A DNA stretch of 34,277 nt from an uncultured Chitinophaga sp. (GTDB lineage: Bacteria; Bacteroidota; Bacteroidia; Chitinophagales; Chitinophagaceae), in assembly GCA_964561675.1 (NCBI GenBank), contig CAZLRY010000002.1:1-34277 (forward strand), read 5' to 3'. Positions 18,178-27,295 of this stretch are shown in pieces. The position numbers were made by a program, and so were the translations under genes. The notes beneath the pieces were generated by a model that made no database searches, was not told where the DNA came from, and saw only the letters and a list, made by a program, of their open reading frames with translations. The first letter of the stretch is position 1; each line of letters begins with the position of its first letter.

Positions 18178-19148
18178 AAGGTATTGGATGCAGCAGGAAT
18201 GGTCGCCGGGGAATAACTGTTCAGCAGTGAAATATCCAGGTACGTACTTTGACGGTCAGTTCCGGCATAAAACATCGGATTGAACCGGGCACCCCAAACA
18301 AACTCTTTCGTAATATAGGACCAACGGGCAACCACTGTATTGGAAAAGATCTCATCAAAAGCTTTTACGAATACCATCAGTTCCAGATCTGTATTCCCGA
18401 AATCCTCTTCTGTAAAACCAGCCAGGGGACTTTTTTCATTGAGCGGATGCACAATGGTCCAGCTCAGTGAAAATGAATTCAGTTTATCAATTTCAACCGG
18501 CAACGTAAAAAACTTATTGGCGATTTTTCCATTTTCCTCCACGCGCATGGCTAATGTCAGTTTAACCTCGGCTTCAGAGAGCAGGTTGTTTTTGAAAGGC
18601 GTCATCCGGAGCATCAGTGCGCTTCCGTCTTTATAAGGGGCGACCAGGGCTGTGTCACTGAATTTAAGGAAGGCCTGTGGCCTTGAAAACCGGCCATAAA
18701 AAAGCCCGGTGGCTATAGCAAAACTCAGCAGCCCTATAAACGCTTCAAAAGTCGAAATGGCACTGGTCAGGAATCCGGTCGGACTGATCCGGCCATATCC
18801 TACCGTGGTGAATGTCTGCGTACTGAAGAAAAATACTTCTGAGAACTCCTTTAGATTATGGCTGCGCTCAATACCGGCCAGGTGTTCCACTCCAATCAGG
18901 TAATAAATGCCGGCAAAAACCAGGTTAACCGATACATAAATGAGTAATAAGAGTGAAAGAAATTTCCCCCTTGGCATTCCCAGCATTGTGTGATACCAGC
19001 TATACCGGTTGAGCAGGCTTACTCCTTTTTTGTGCACATTGGCACCACCGGTACGGCGATCAAAAAATCGTCCGCTGTTATTACTGCTATTCCCGAACCC
19101 GGTATTGTCTTCTGACCGCATGTTGCGGAACCTTTTCATCATTGCCAT
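18174..19148 (-). CDS. KirBac-type inward-rectifier potassium channel
   Basis: Pore FFFSTQTFTTVGYG; TM2 ending ATGLFYGRFSRP; cytoplasmic domain FSLSWTIVHPLNEKSPL. Confidence 0.92.
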   Translation of the reverse strand: MAMMKRFRNMRSEDNTGFGNSSNNSGRFFDRRTGGANVHKKGVSLLNRYSWYHTMLGMPRGKFLSLLLLIYVSVNLVFAGIYYLIGVEHLAGIERSHNLKEFSEVFFFSTQTFTTVGYGRISPTGFLTSAISTFEAFIGLLSFAIATGLFYGRFSRPQAFLKFSDTALVAPYKDGSALMLRMTPFKNNLLSEAEVKLTLAMRVEENGKIANKFFTLPVEIDKLNSFSLSWTIVHPLNEKSPLAGFTEEDFGNTDLELMVFVKAFDEIFSNTVVARWSYITKEFVWGARFNPMFYAGTDRQSTYLDISLLNSYSPATIPAASNTF

Positions 19149-19213
19149 AGACAAATGTATAATTAATCGGCAATTTCTTTTGTCCGCCCGTGATACTGGT
19201 TTATTTTAGTCCT

Positions 19214-20386
19214 ATGACCCGGAAAAAAATACTATGGCTTTGCAGCTGGTACCCCAACCGGGCCGATCCGTTCGATGGGGATTTTATTCAGCGACATGCC
19301 CGGGCTGCTTCCTTATTCAATGATATTCATGTTATACGATTGGTGGCCGATGCATCCCTACACCCGGGAAAGATTGAGTTTCAAAAGCAGGAAAGCAAGG
19401 GTCTGATCGAGCAAATGGTTTACCTGGGCAAAGGAAAAAGTCTGGCCGGGAGATACCTGTTTTACCGGCGTTGGAATAGGGTTTTTAAAGAAGTGATTAA
19501 AGCATATCTCGCAGATCAGGGAGTCCCCTCTGTAGTTCATGTTCATGTTCCTTACCCGGCCGGCCGGCTGGCATTATGGTTAAAGCAAACGTACGGAGTC
19601 CCTTTTGTGGTCACAGAACACTGGACCATTTATCAGCCGGGAAGCGAAATTGCTTATTCCAGGCAACCGGCGCGGATGCGCAGCCTGATAACCCGTATAA
19701 TGCGGGAGACGGCTTTGTTTCTTCCGGTGAGCAGGGATCTTGCAGAACAGGTAAACCGCCTGGTATTACCAGTGCCTGCAACACCAATCCCGAATGTGGT
19801 TGATACAAACCACTTCTGTTTCCAGGTCACAGATCATGTGAAGCGTACAAAGTTCCGGTATATCCATGTTTCGGGTATGAATGCCCAGAAAAATCCGGAA
19901 GGATTGCTCCGGGCTTTTGCAGCGGCCTGGCAGGAGGATCCTGAGCTGGAATTATGGATGCTGGGAAACCGGGACCAACGCCTGGTTGTATTCGCCTCAG
20001 GGCTGGACCTGCCGGCTGGTGTCATATTGTTTGGTGGTGAAGTTAGTTACGGGGATGTAGCAATGCGGATGCGGGAATGTGATGCCCTTGTATTATTCAG
20101 CCAGGTAGAAAATGCACCTTGTGTAATCAGTGAAGCCCTGTGTTGCGGGTTACCTGTTATTGCAACCCGGACAGGGGGGATTCCTGAAATGCTGAATGGT
20201 TCGAATGGGGTACTGGTAGAACCCGGAGATGAAACCGCTATGAAAACAGCCCTGCTGGACCTGAAAAAAACGTATAACAGGTACAACAGGGCCATTATTG
20301 CTTCCCACGCGTCATCTATATATAATTATGAGACAGTTGGAAAAGAACTTTCAGTTCAGTACAATCAGGTTGTATTACAGGGTTAA
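19214..20386 (+). CDS. Glycosyltransferase family 4 (GT-B)
   Basis: SWYPNRADPFDGDFI; VVTEHW; IPNVVD; QKNPEGLLRAF; ENAPCVISEALCCGLPVIATRTGGIPE (EX7E motif). ATG 19214 preferred. Confidence 0.9.
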   Translation: MTRKKILWLCSWYPNRADPFDGDFIQRHARAASLFNDIHVIRLVADASLHPGKIEFQKQESKGLIEQMVYLGKGKSLAGRYLFYRRWNRVFKEVIKAYLADQGVPSVVHVHVPYPAGRLALWLKQTYGVPFVVTEHWTIYQPGSEIAYSRQPARMRSLITRIMRETALFLPVSRDLAEQVNRLVLPVPATPIPNVVDTNHFCFQVTDHVKRTKFRYIHVSGMNAQKNPEGLLRAFAAAWQEDPELELWMLGNRDQRLVVFASGLDLPAGVILFGGEVSYGDVAMRMRECDALVLFSQVENAPCVISEALCCGLPVIATRTGGIPEMLNGSNGVLVEPGDETAMKTALLDLKKTYNRYNRAIIASHASSIYNYETVGKELSVQYNQVVLQG

Positions 20387-20389
20387 CCG

Positions 20390-20647
20390 TCAGTTCTTAA
20401 GCTTTGCCACCAGTTCAATATAAGCGGTCATGGCTTCTGCATTGGATTTCCCTTTTAAAGCAGCCCAGGCTTCATACTTTGCTTTGGCTACAAAATCAAA
20501 CGGGTTAGCCGGAGGGTCAATATTGATATCTCCTTCGCTGGACTGTTTGTATAATGAATACAGTTGCAGCAGGGTATCGTTACTGGGTTTCTCAGATAAG
20601 GTTTTGCTTTCTGCAATCGCTTTTTCAAATTGTTCTTTCAGGTCCAT
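20390..20647 (-). CDS. Acyl-CoA-binding protein
   Basis: PSNDTLLQLYSLYKQSSEGD...AKAKYEAWAALKGKS...AMTAYI, the ACBP signature. Confidence 0.93.
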   Translation of the reverse strand: MDLKEQFEKAIAESKTLSEKPSNDTLLQLYSLYKQSSEGDINIDPPANPFDFVAKAKYEAWAALKGKSNAEAMTAYIELVAKLKN

Positions 20648-20707
20648 TGGTTTTTGTTTTCTTGGTGTTATATTACTGACTTGTTTTTTTATCCATTTCT
20701 ATCCGGG

Positions 20708-21736
20708 TTAATTGACCCTTGCTTCATCAATAAAGGCCATGCTGACGGCTCTTTTATTTTCAATCAGTTCAAAAAACTCCTGCAGGTAACTGGTCATTTC
20801 CTTTCTTGTTTTGCTACTCAGTAATTCAAAACTGTCTATGGTTTTAAAAATACTGTCCTTTTTGCTCCGGAATACATCCAGTTGAATCTGGAGTTCTTCC
20901 ATCGTCCGGGGAAAGCCCCGGTAAACCCGTTCGGTCACTTTTTCTGTCCCGATGGTTTCATGAGGTATCGCATAGCTGGCATCCACCAGGCCGCAATAAT
21001 CAAAGTCATAGGGGATCACATAGGGGGGGATGTTCTTATTTTTTTTATCAAAAATCAATTTGATGTTATGGTTAGTGGGTACGGACCAGTCGGTATTCCC
21101 GATCATATACTGAAACAAGGCTACCATAGTCATCATATCCCGGTTAGTGGCCTCCGTCATCATTTTTACCTCATCTTTTTTATGGCATCCATTACGCCTG
21201 GCCAAGTCACCATCATCTTCTATCAGAAAAGCAAACTGACTGAAAGGTTTCAGTTTTTTACGGGTATCTGTATAGTTAATTCTCATCAACCGGACGCGGA
21301 AACTCCGGTCCTCGAGTATATTATATATTTTATAAACCAGGTATTCTTTCAGCAATAATTCTTCATCTACCGGATTTAATCCACAACCAATTACAAGTTT
21401 CAGCTTGCCCAGCGATTGTAACCGGGGGGCGCCTTTATTCCGGAAATTCATCATCATCGGCGGAATCCGGCAATAGTTCCGTCTGAAATTTCCACGGGCA
21501 CTCACGCTGATCGTTTCATTGATCAGTGTACTGTCTGGAAATAACATGCTGATGGAAGCTTGTTGAAATACCCCTTGCCTGGTTTCAGTCTGTACCTGCC
21601 TCAGGTCAGTACTGAGATTTACCTGGATCAGCCCTTCGTCTGTAAAAAACCGGATGCTGTCAACTGGCGCCTCCTGGGCACCTGCTGTTATTGAAATGAA
21701 TAATAAAAGGGCCGTGAACAGACGGGTTTTATTCAT
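20708..21736 (-). CDS. Secreted hypothetical protein with CotH-like atypical kinase motifs
   Basis: Signal peptide ending TAGA-Q; ARGNFRR, KLKLV, LKEYLVYKIYN, FLIED, FQYMIGNTDW...HNIKL, IPYDFD. Confidence 0.65.
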   Translation of the reverse strand: MNKTRLFTALLLFISITAGAQEAPVDSIRFFTDEGLIQVNLSTDLRQVQTETRQGVFQQASISMLFPDSTLINETISVSARGNFRRNYCRIPPMMMNFRNKGAPRLQSLGKLKLVIGCGLNPVDEELLLKEYLVYKIYNILEDRSFRVRLMRINYTDTRKKLKPFSQFAFLIEDDGDLARRNGCHKKDEVKMMTEATNRDMMTMVALFQYMIGNTDWSVPTNHNIKLIFDKKNKNIPPYVIPYDFDYCGLVDASYAIPHETIGTEKVTERVYRGFPRTMEELQIQLDVFRSKKDSIFKTIDSFELLSSKTRKEMTSYLQEFFELIENKRAVSMAFIDEARVN

Positions 21737-21813
21737 ACGGAACAATTAATGATTAGCGATCAAGTCTTGTCTGAAAATACAAAAACTATTCCTGATCCGC
21801 ATTCTTTTCTGTG

Positions 21814-23433
21814 TTATTTAAGAACTTCCGGTATAGGGGCACCAGTGGTTCCGCTTGGCATCTGAATATGTAATAAGGCCGCCAGTGTCGGGGCGATATC
21901 TGTCATAAATGTTTCCCGGTTGGTTTTTCCTTTTTTGATCCCCCAGCCATACCATAATAGAGGGATATGCGCATCATAAGGATTCCATAATCCATGGGTT
22001 GTGCCGGTTGTACTATAGGCATCGATATAGCCAGGTTTTAAAATAAACTGGATATCTCCGTTACGGGCCGGATGATACCCATTATTCAGCATTTCCCGTA
22101 TTCTGGCTGGCAGAGGAGTGGTATTCAGGTCTTTTAAAGCAAATGCCCGGTCTATTCCGGGGGCCGCCAGCAGTTGTTGAATGATCCATTGCATAATTTC
22201 GGCTTTTTCTGCTTTGGCAGAATCAAGCAAAGGATGGTTCAGATGAATCTGGTAGTTGTCATCACTCACTATAATGCCGGATAGATTATATTTTTCTTTC
22301 AGCCCTTTATTCATCGACTCTACCAGTTTGCCAATATACACACGTCCTCCTGGTAATCTGTTTTCCTCCATAAATTCAGGCACATGTGCGGCACCATGGT
22401 CCGCAGAAAGAAAGACCGTATACTGACCTTTCCCAACCTTTAAATCCAGGTAATTCAAAAATGCGCCCAGTTCCTGGTCCAGCCGCAGAAATCCATCTTC
22501 AGCTTCCACCGAATTGGGGCCAAAAGTATGACCGATATAATCCGGTGAAGAGAAACTCACTGCCAGGAAATCGGTGATCTCATCTGTACCTAGTTGTTCT
22601 GCCGACAAAGCAGCTTTTGCAAATTCAAAAGTCATGCTGTTACCCATCGGGGTGGTTGAAATTTTACCGTAGTCTTTGCCAATGAATTTCTTGAGGTCAT
22701 ACGGGAATACAGCCCCAAATGGTTTTGCTTCCCAGCTTTTGTCATCCGCTGTACTTTGTTTGTAGGTCGTTAAGGGGTACATAATATTCCATCCCTTTTC
22801 ATAATATTTTTCAACGATTTTCTGACTGTTGAAATCGGTAACCCATTTGGGCAAATCATTCATATAATAAGTTGAGGTGATCCAGTTGCCGTTTGTGTTA
22901 TCATACCAGTAAGCAGCATTGGCGCTATGTCCGGCCGGCAAAATTCCTCCTCTGTCTTTTATGGCCACACCAATCACCTTGCTTTTGAAATTAGTAGCCA
23001 GCCTGAGTTCATCACAGATCGTAGTTACCAGCAAGTTCCGCGGACTCATCTTTCCCAACGTGGAGCTGCTTCCTACTGTTGATACCGTTTTGTCTTCCGT
23101 ACAGTATACAGCACGCATTTTTTCCTTATCCCACCAGCCATTTCCGGAAATACCATTTACCGCAGGTACAGTCCCCGTATAAATAGAACTATGACCACAG
23201 GCGGTAACGGTTGGTGCGTAAGGAATCAGCGTATTCTCGCATGAAAATCCCTGGTTCAGCAGCCGTTTAAAGCCGCCTGTCTCGCTATAACGCGCATAAT
23301 AACGGTAGAGATAATCCCAGCGCATCTGGTCCATTACCAGCCCAACTACGAGTTTCGGTCGTTTTACCTCGGACTGAGCCTGGCCGGAAATAATCAACAG
23401 GGAAAATAGTGCGGATAAAAACAGGCGTTGCAT
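21814..23433 (-). CDS. pafA: Alkaline phosphatase PafA family
   Basis: RPKLVVGLVMDQMRWDYL; Thr-nucleophile motif PTVTACGH; KDRGGIL; DYIGHTFGPNS; SADHG; TTHG...YDAHIPL; DIAPT. Signal peptide from ATG 23433. Confidence 0.9.
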   Translation of the reverse strand: MQRLFLSALFSLLIISGQAQSEVKRPKLVVGLVMDQMRWDYLYRYYARYSETGGFKRLLNQGFSCENTLIPYAPTVTACGHSSIYTGTVPAVNGISGNGWWDKEKMRAVYCTEDKTVSTVGSSSTLGKMSPRNLLVTTICDELRLATNFKSKVIGVAIKDRGGILPAGHSANAAYWYDNTNGNWITSTYYMNDLPKWVTDFNSQKIVEKYYEKGWNIMYPLTTYKQSTADDKSWEAKPFGAVFPYDLKKFIGKDYGKISTTPMGNSMTFEFAKAALSAEQLGTDEITDFLAVSFSSPDYIGHTFGPNSVEAEDGFLRLDQELGAFLNYLDLKVGKGQYTVFLSADHGAAHVPEFMEENRLPGGRVYIGKLVESMNKGLKEKYNLSGIIVSDDNYQIHLNHPLLDSAKAEKAEIMQWIIQQLLAAPGIDRAFALKDLNTTPLPARIREMLNNGYHPARNGDIQFILKPGYIDAYSTTGTTHGLWNPYDAHIPLLWYGWGIKKGKTNRETFMTDIAPTLAALLHIQMPSGTTGAPIPEVLK

Positions 23434-23572
23434 GTGTTTGATTTTAGACAAAATTAAGGGTTTGCTACTTGTTGCTGTATGACTGTTCTGTAAACTATAA
23501 CAGATGGATAATGAAGAGTTAGCTAATATAACAAGCTGTTTTTATAGTGTAAAAAAGTATAAACTGTTTTAG

Positions 23573-24793
23573 TTAAAGCCCGGACAGTTTTTTTCGTTCC
23601 CGTTTATTCAGCAGATGAAATATTCCGGCGGCCGCCACACAGAGTCCACCGGTAATATACCAGAGTACCTGGAAATTGCTGTACTGAACCACTTGTGCAC
23701 CTCCCATTGGCCCGAGGGTCTGGGCGGCAGACCAGGCCATAGTATATAAAGCCGCATATTGCCCCCGGTTCGATACCTGGGTCCGGGTGATCCAGTAGCT
23801 ATTCATAAATGGCATGGAAAGGATTTCACCGAAAGTGACCGTAATAATCATGATCAGCGCCAACGTAAAACCGATTCCAGGCAGATTCAGCAGCAGGAAT
23901 GACAGCCCGACAAGCAGTATCCCCCGGGTGATATAGAACATGACGGGTCTTTTTCCCTCCAGCCGGTATATTAAAACCATTTCAATCACGGCGATCAGGA
24001 TACCATTAAAGGCCATCAACAAACCGATCGTTGGTTTTGACAAATGTAATTCCCGTTCAAAATAGACCGGCAGGTTAGTGAACAACTGAAAAAAACAACT
24101 GGCAAATAAAACAGTGGCGCCGATAAAGAGCATAAATAGTTTGTCTTTATAAGCAGGCAGCGTATCTGCTTTCTCAGCAGGACTTTGTGCAACAGGTTTG
24201 TAATCCGCAGGTTTTAGCAGCAGCCACATGATCAGTGCAGCCGTTATATTAGTGAAACCATCTACCCAGAATAATAACTCGTAATTGATACTGGCCAAAA
24301 TACCGCCCAATCCGCTCCCAACAGCCCATCCCAGATTAATTGCAAGCCGGTTCAGGGCATAGGAGCGGGTACGGTTTTCCGTTTTGCTGTAAAAGGCGAT
24401 GGCTGTTGAATTGGCCGGCCGGAAAGCTTCATTCACAAAGCTTAGCAAGAAGGTAAACAGGCAGATCAGCGGATAGGTTTTCATTTGTCCAAGGACCAGG
24501 AATAGAAGCCCTCCTGTAAAAAGGGTGAACAGTTGCACCGGATAAAAACCAATCCGGTCGGTAAGGCGGCCTCCCAGCCAGGCACCTGTGAAAGCACCGG
24601 CACCGAATAGCCCAAAAACATATCCAGCTTCACCTACCGAGTAGCCCATTTCCTTACTGGTCAGGTAAAGGGTCATAAACGGAACCACCATGGTGCCACT
24701 CCGGTTGATCAGCATAATGAAGGAGAGCAACCAGGTTTCCCTGGAAAGCCCTGCATAGGCATTTCGGTATGTCCGGGCTGTTGCAGAAATCAT
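23573..24793 (-). CDS. MFS transporter
   Basis: About 12 hydrophobic segments; motif A GGRLTDRIG; NRSGTMVVPFMTLY; RLAINLGWAVG. Confidence 0.92.
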   Translation of the reverse strand: MISATARTYRNAYAGLSRETWLLSFIMLINRSGTMVVPFMTLYLTSKEMGYSVGEAGYVFGLFGAGAFTGAWLGGRLTDRIGFYPVQLFTLFTGGLLFLVLGQMKTYPLICLFTFLLSFVNEAFRPANSTAIAFYSKTENRTRSYALNRLAINLGWAVGSGLGGILASINYELLFWVDGFTNITAALIMWLLLKPADYKPVAQSPAEKADTLPAYKDKLFMLFIGATVLFASCFFQLFTNLPVYFERELHLSKPTIGLLMAFNGILIAVIEMVLIYRLEGKRPVMFYITRGILLVGLSFLLLNLPGIGFTLALIMIITVTFGEILSMPFMNSYWITRTQVSNRGQYAALYTMAWSAAQTLGPMGGAQVVQYSNFQVLWYITGGLCVAAAGIFHLLNKRERKKLSGL

Positions 24794-24800
24794 AACGCGG

Positions 24801-24808
24801 CAAAGTTA
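24801..24808 (-). promoter_or_regulatory. -7 promoter element for the MFS gene (near-leaderless)
   Basis: Minus-strand TAACTTTG ends 7 nt before the ATG at 24793. Confidence 0.6.
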
Positions 24809-24910
24809 CCGGAATGTCTGGCATAAGGGCAACCGCCCGTATAAACCAACCGATTGGACTGCTTGATTTACGGGTCTATTTTGTATATTCCATTTTTAAA
24901 CATAACCAAC

Positions 24911-25258
24911 ATGAAGAAACTGATCCTCCTTACCTCCATGGCCGCAATGGCCCTGGTTTTGTCGAATTGCTCCGGGTCTAAAAAACTGGCCGCAACACCC
25001 AAGCTGAATTTTGAATCCAACCTGAAGGCGGTGGTAATGTCCGAATGCGCTCCTTGCCACATCCCCGCAAAAGGGGGCAATAAGAAACCGTATGACAATT
25101 ACGCGAATGTAAAAACCGATATCGATGAGATTATCCGTCGTATTGAAATGAATCCGGGGGAAAGAGGATTTATGCCCTTCCGGAAAACCACGAAACTAAG
25201 CGATAGTACCATTGCCCTCTTTAAACAATGGAGAGCAGATGGAGTATTGGAAAATTAA
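24911..25258 (+). CDS. Small mono-heme c-type cytochrome lipoprotein
   Basis: MKKLILL...LVLSNC lipobox; single CAPCH heme motif; downstream FMP candidate distal Met ligand. Start at ATG 24911. Confidence 0.75.
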   Translation: MKKLILLTSMAAMALVLSNCSGSKKLAATPKLNFESNLKAVVMSECAPCHIPAKGGNKKPYDNYANVKTDIDEIIRRIEMNPGERGFMPFRKTTKLSDSTIALFKQWRADGVLEN

Positions 25259-25261
25259 CAA

Positions 25262-25714
25262 TCAGTCTTTGAGTAATAACTCATAAACTTCACGGGTAAA
25301 ATCAGCCCGGAATATGGAAAAGGTCCTGATCTCGGCTTCAGGAACAAGTTCAATCATCATGTTATCTTCATAACGGGAGATATACTGGTTCTCATTGATC
25401 TTTTTCCAGTTGTATTTTTTCTTATTCAGAATTACTTCCAGGTACCCGTTGTGACAGGAGTCGCAGCGGGTTTTTGTCGTTTCTGTCATACACAACCCTT
25501 TTTCATCAAATACATAGATCAGCTGGGTCAGGTCACTGACCTGTACAAGAATGGAGTCTTTTCGGGAATACACGGCAGGTTGTCCTGATTTTCCGGGATA
25601 CGCTTTTTTCAGGGCAGCTTCGGCTTTGTTGTAAGGCATGTTGATGAACTCCTGTGCAGCAGCCGGGCTGCAACATGCCAGCAAAGAGAAAAAGAAGAAT
25701 AAAAAGAGTTTCAT
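25262..25714 (-). CDS. Hypothetical exported protein (150 aa)
   Basis: Signal-peptide-like N-terminus; fills the gap between convergent and divergent neighbours; contains CDSCH. Confidence 0.7.
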   Translation of the reverse strand: MKLFLFFFFSLLACCSPAAAQEFINMPYNKAEAALKKAYPGKSGQPAVYSRKDSILVQVSDLTQLIYVFDEKGLCMTETTKTRCDSCHNGYLEVILNKKKYNWKKINENQYISRYEDNMMIELVPEAEIRTFSIFRADFTREVYELLLKD

Positions 25715-25783
25715 GAATATTCAGACGTTATACTGCCAAAGGTAGTTGCTTGGAACGGTTTAGAGAAACCCGGATTTGTCCCC

Positions 25784-25791
25784 TATATTTG
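25784..25791 (+). promoter_or_regulatory. -7 promoter element for the SET gene
   Basis: TATATTTG 21 nt upstream of ATG 25813, which supports that start. Confidence 0.55.
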
Positions 25792-25812
25792 CGCCTTCCG
25801 AAAAAACTACTT

Positions 25813-26283
25813 ATGGCATTACTGGAAGATAAAATACGTGTTAAGAAGTCCGGACTCCCCGGAGCCGGCAAAGGACTTTTTGCGAAATCATTTATACCCA
25901 AAGGAACCCGTATCGTGGAGTATAAAGGAGATATCACCACCTGGAAAGAAGTGGATCATGAGGATGGGGATAACGGGTATATTTATTACGTTAAAAGAAA
26001 CCATGTGATCGATGCCCTGCGAACTCCGATGGCATTGGCCCGCTATGCCAACGATGCCCGTGGTATTGTCCGGGTAAAGGGTATTTCAAATAATTCGGAA
26101 TACATGGAAGAGGGACTGAAAGTCTATATCACATCCGTAAAGGATATACCAGCCGGTGGGGAAATCCTGGTGGACTATGGCCAGGAATACTGGAAAGTAA
26201 TCCGCCACAATATTAAAGTTGAAGCAAGGCGTAAGAAGGAACGGGAAGCACTTAAAGCAAGGAAAAAAACGAAGCGGGCCTGA
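25813..26283 (+). CDS. SET domain protein (putative lysine methyltransferase)
   Basis: KKSGLPGAGKGLFA..FIPKGTRIVEYKG; RYAND (variant of RFINH); KDIPAGGEILVDYG.EYW. Confidence 0.88.
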   Translation: MALLEDKIRVKKSGLPGAGKGLFAKSFIPKGTRIVEYKGDITTWKEVDHEDGDNGYIYYVKRNHVIDALRTPMALARYANDARGIVRVKGISNNSEYMEEGLKVYITSVKDIPAGGEILVDYGQEYWKVIRHNIKVEARRKKEREALKARKKTKRA

Positions 26284-26284
26284 T

Positions 26285-26635
26285 TCAGGATCCGGTAAGC
26301 TCTTCATAAAAGGCTTGCAGCCGGGAAGCTGACTCACGGGGAAAGGTAACCGTATTGGGAAAAACAAATGTTTCGTCAGGTCCGGGTCGTAAACGGGCTG
26401 CCAGATCCTCCCACTTTCGGGTCCAAACAACATAATGCTCTATCAATGCATCGGCATCCTGCAGCAGGAAACCGGGTAAGTTGTCTTTGTGATCAATTAA
26501 AAGCTGAAGAGCTTTTCCGTTATTTGCTTTGAGTACCTGTGCATACCTGTATGTTTTACCAGCGGCCAGGTAAGCTTTGTAATCAATCACAGATTGATCA
26601 AAAGTGGCGAGAAGTGGTTTAAGAAATTCTTTCAT
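26285..26635 (-). CDS. Hypothetical protein (alternative GTG start at 26671)
   Basis: Open frame directly downstream of ORF6N on the same strand; no recognisable motif. Confidence 0.6.
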   Translation of the reverse strand: MKEFLKPLLATFDQSVIDYKAYLAAGKTYRYAQVLKANNGKALQLLIDHKDNLPGFLLQDADALIEHYVVWTRKWEDLAARLRPGPDETFVFPNTVTFPRESASRLQAFYEELTGS

Positions 26636-26672
26636 AAGCGCGTTTGAGTTCAAAGATAATACGCATTTCACA

Positions 26673-27190
26673 TTATTTCCGGAATCCGATCCTGTCTCTG
26701 TCTTCCCATTTCTTTTGTTTCACTTTTTCATCCAGCAGGTTCTCCAGTACAACGTAGATCTGATTCAAACGACCATTGTGATTACCTGTTATTTTCTTTA
26801 ATGCTTTTATTTCATGAGCCAGCTCCTGGTAGTTCAATGCGAATTCTTTCAATGAAATAAATGCACGTACAATAGCGATATTCATCTGAACAGCTTTGTC
26901 TGACCGCAAAACGGATGCCAGCATGGTAACCCCGTGTTCTGTAAATGCAAATGGCAATGACGGACTATACTTTATTGAGTCGTCGAGGTTATCACAATTT
27001 GTGATAACCTCCTGCCATTCTTTTTTGTCAGAATAAACATAAAGTCCTTCGGAAAGCGAAGCCGGTTTCTTTTCACCGCCTGTTTTAATGAGCGGGTCTC
27101 GGTTCCGTACAATCTTGCCAGATCGAAATCCAGCATTATTTTTTGTCCCCTGATCTCATAAATGATGGATTGAATTTTCTTTAACTGCAT
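26673..27190 (-). pseudogene. ORF6N-domain DNA-binding protein split by a -1 frameshift (pseudogene, sequence error or recoded gene)
   Basis: From ATG 27190: IYEIRGQKIMLDFDLARLYGTET..LKQAVKRN..RFPKDFMF. The -1 frame continues EWQEVITNCDNL...PFAFTEHGVTMLASVLRSDKAVQMNIAIVRAF...RDRIGF. The junction is an A6 run at 27021-27026. Confidence 0.88.
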
Positions 27191-27295
27191 AAGATTTTTT
27201 TCAGGGTAGTAAATTATCTTATCCGATTCAGCTTCTCCAATCGGGAATAACAGAAAAACAACCGGAAAAACAGTTTTTTCCAGCTTACCGGGCAT

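Noticed and set aside
26285-27190. Prophage remnant or toxin-antitoxin pair (ORF6N + downstream hypothetical)
   Set aside because: No other phage genes nearby, and no toxin motif recognisable in the downstream protein.
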